Origin: a virus
Taxonomy: Duplodnaviria; Caudoviricetes
Length of the DNA stretch: 25,842 nucleotides
Reading direction: 5' to 3' (one strand)
IMG/VR virus record: IMGVR_UViG_3300020176_000084
Location: 1 to 25,842 of that record
Below, piece after piece: positions 25,534 through 25,842 of the stretch; the stretch's first letter is position 1; the number at the start of each line of letters is the position of its first letter. The notes under the pieces are model-generated. The model had not been told where the DNA came from. It saw nothing but the letters and a program-made list of their open reading frames with translations, and did not search any database. Both the position numbers and the translations under genes were made by a program.

Positions 25534-25842
25534 CTAAGCTACGGCGAGGTCCGCGATCTTACCGCTTGCGGCCTCGTTGCAGCATTCAAGGGTATACTCC
25601 CCTACAATGTGGCGCTTCTCGGAATCACCGGTCTTCGCCAAGCGCTCTTGCTTGAACGAACGCCCAGACAGCGGGCACAACTTCCAGTAATCCCAATCGA
25701 CCACCAAGCCCGTCCGACCGCGCATGAAGCGGGAGGGGACGATCGCAAGTTGACCGAAGTCGCTGACATAGACATCGGCGGCGCCGATGATCTGCGTCTG
25801 GCCAACCTTCGGCGCGGTATCGCGATACAACGTCGCGATGCC
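25534..25842 (-). CDS. Major capsid protein, C-terminal part (SU10/DUF5309-like)
   Basis: ADVYVSDFG, VPSRFM and LAKTGDSEKRHIVGEYTLECCNEAASGKIADL; runs off the window end. Confidence 0.88.
   Translation of the reverse strand, partial: GIATLYRDTAPKVGQTQIIGAADVYVSDFGQLAIVPSRFMRGRTGLVVDWDYWKLCPLSGRSFKQERLAKTGDSEKRHIVGEYTLECCNEAASGKIADLAVA

Larger units (their letters stand above)
1..25842. mobile_element. Temperate podovirus-like bacteriophage genome segment (attP/excised form)
   Basis: Phage recombination, integration, lysis, tail, ejection and capsid genes fill the window in two convergent operons. No host housekeeping genes are present, and phage genes lie on both sides of the att core. Confidence 0.95.

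Noticed and set aside
24450-25655. 401-aa plus-strand ORF and other long antisense ORFs
   Set aside because: Arg/Pro-rich shadow frames of clear minus-strand genes in GC-rich DNA.
1-25842. CRISPR array or mini-array
   Set aside because: No regularly spaced repeat-spacer series was seen by eye; the repeats found are pairs at gene junctions.

Overview
This window is about 26 kb of a temperate, GC-rich, podovirus-like phage, probably of an alphaproteobacterial host. It appears to be in the excised (attP) configuration. The left arm (+ strand) is an early recombination operon: Rad52/Sak-like annealing protein, SSB, HNH-like nuclease, DUF1367 and an XF1762/Mom-like GNAT. It continues through xis and a tyrosine integrase to an attP made of the 3' half of tRNA-Val(GAC) flanked by TGCACCCAAA arm repeats, then a PAPS-reductase/PP-loop gene. 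The right arm (- strand) is the late operon: capsid C-terminus, a TPR-glycosyltransferase, head-tail adaptor, tail proteins, tail nozzle, three DNA-ejection proteins, membrane/holin genes, a pesticin-type endolysin, a lipoprotein and DUF1353. Several opposite-strand morons interrupt it. The most striking feature is a ~0.9-kb insert bracketed by a 75-bp duplication of the endolysin 3' end. It carries a promoter with a perfect palindromic operator, two small acidic orphan genes with shared boundary sequences, and a terminal HTH gene, which is the layout of an acr-aca-like anti-defence operon. Family names come from motif recognition by eye, not database searches.
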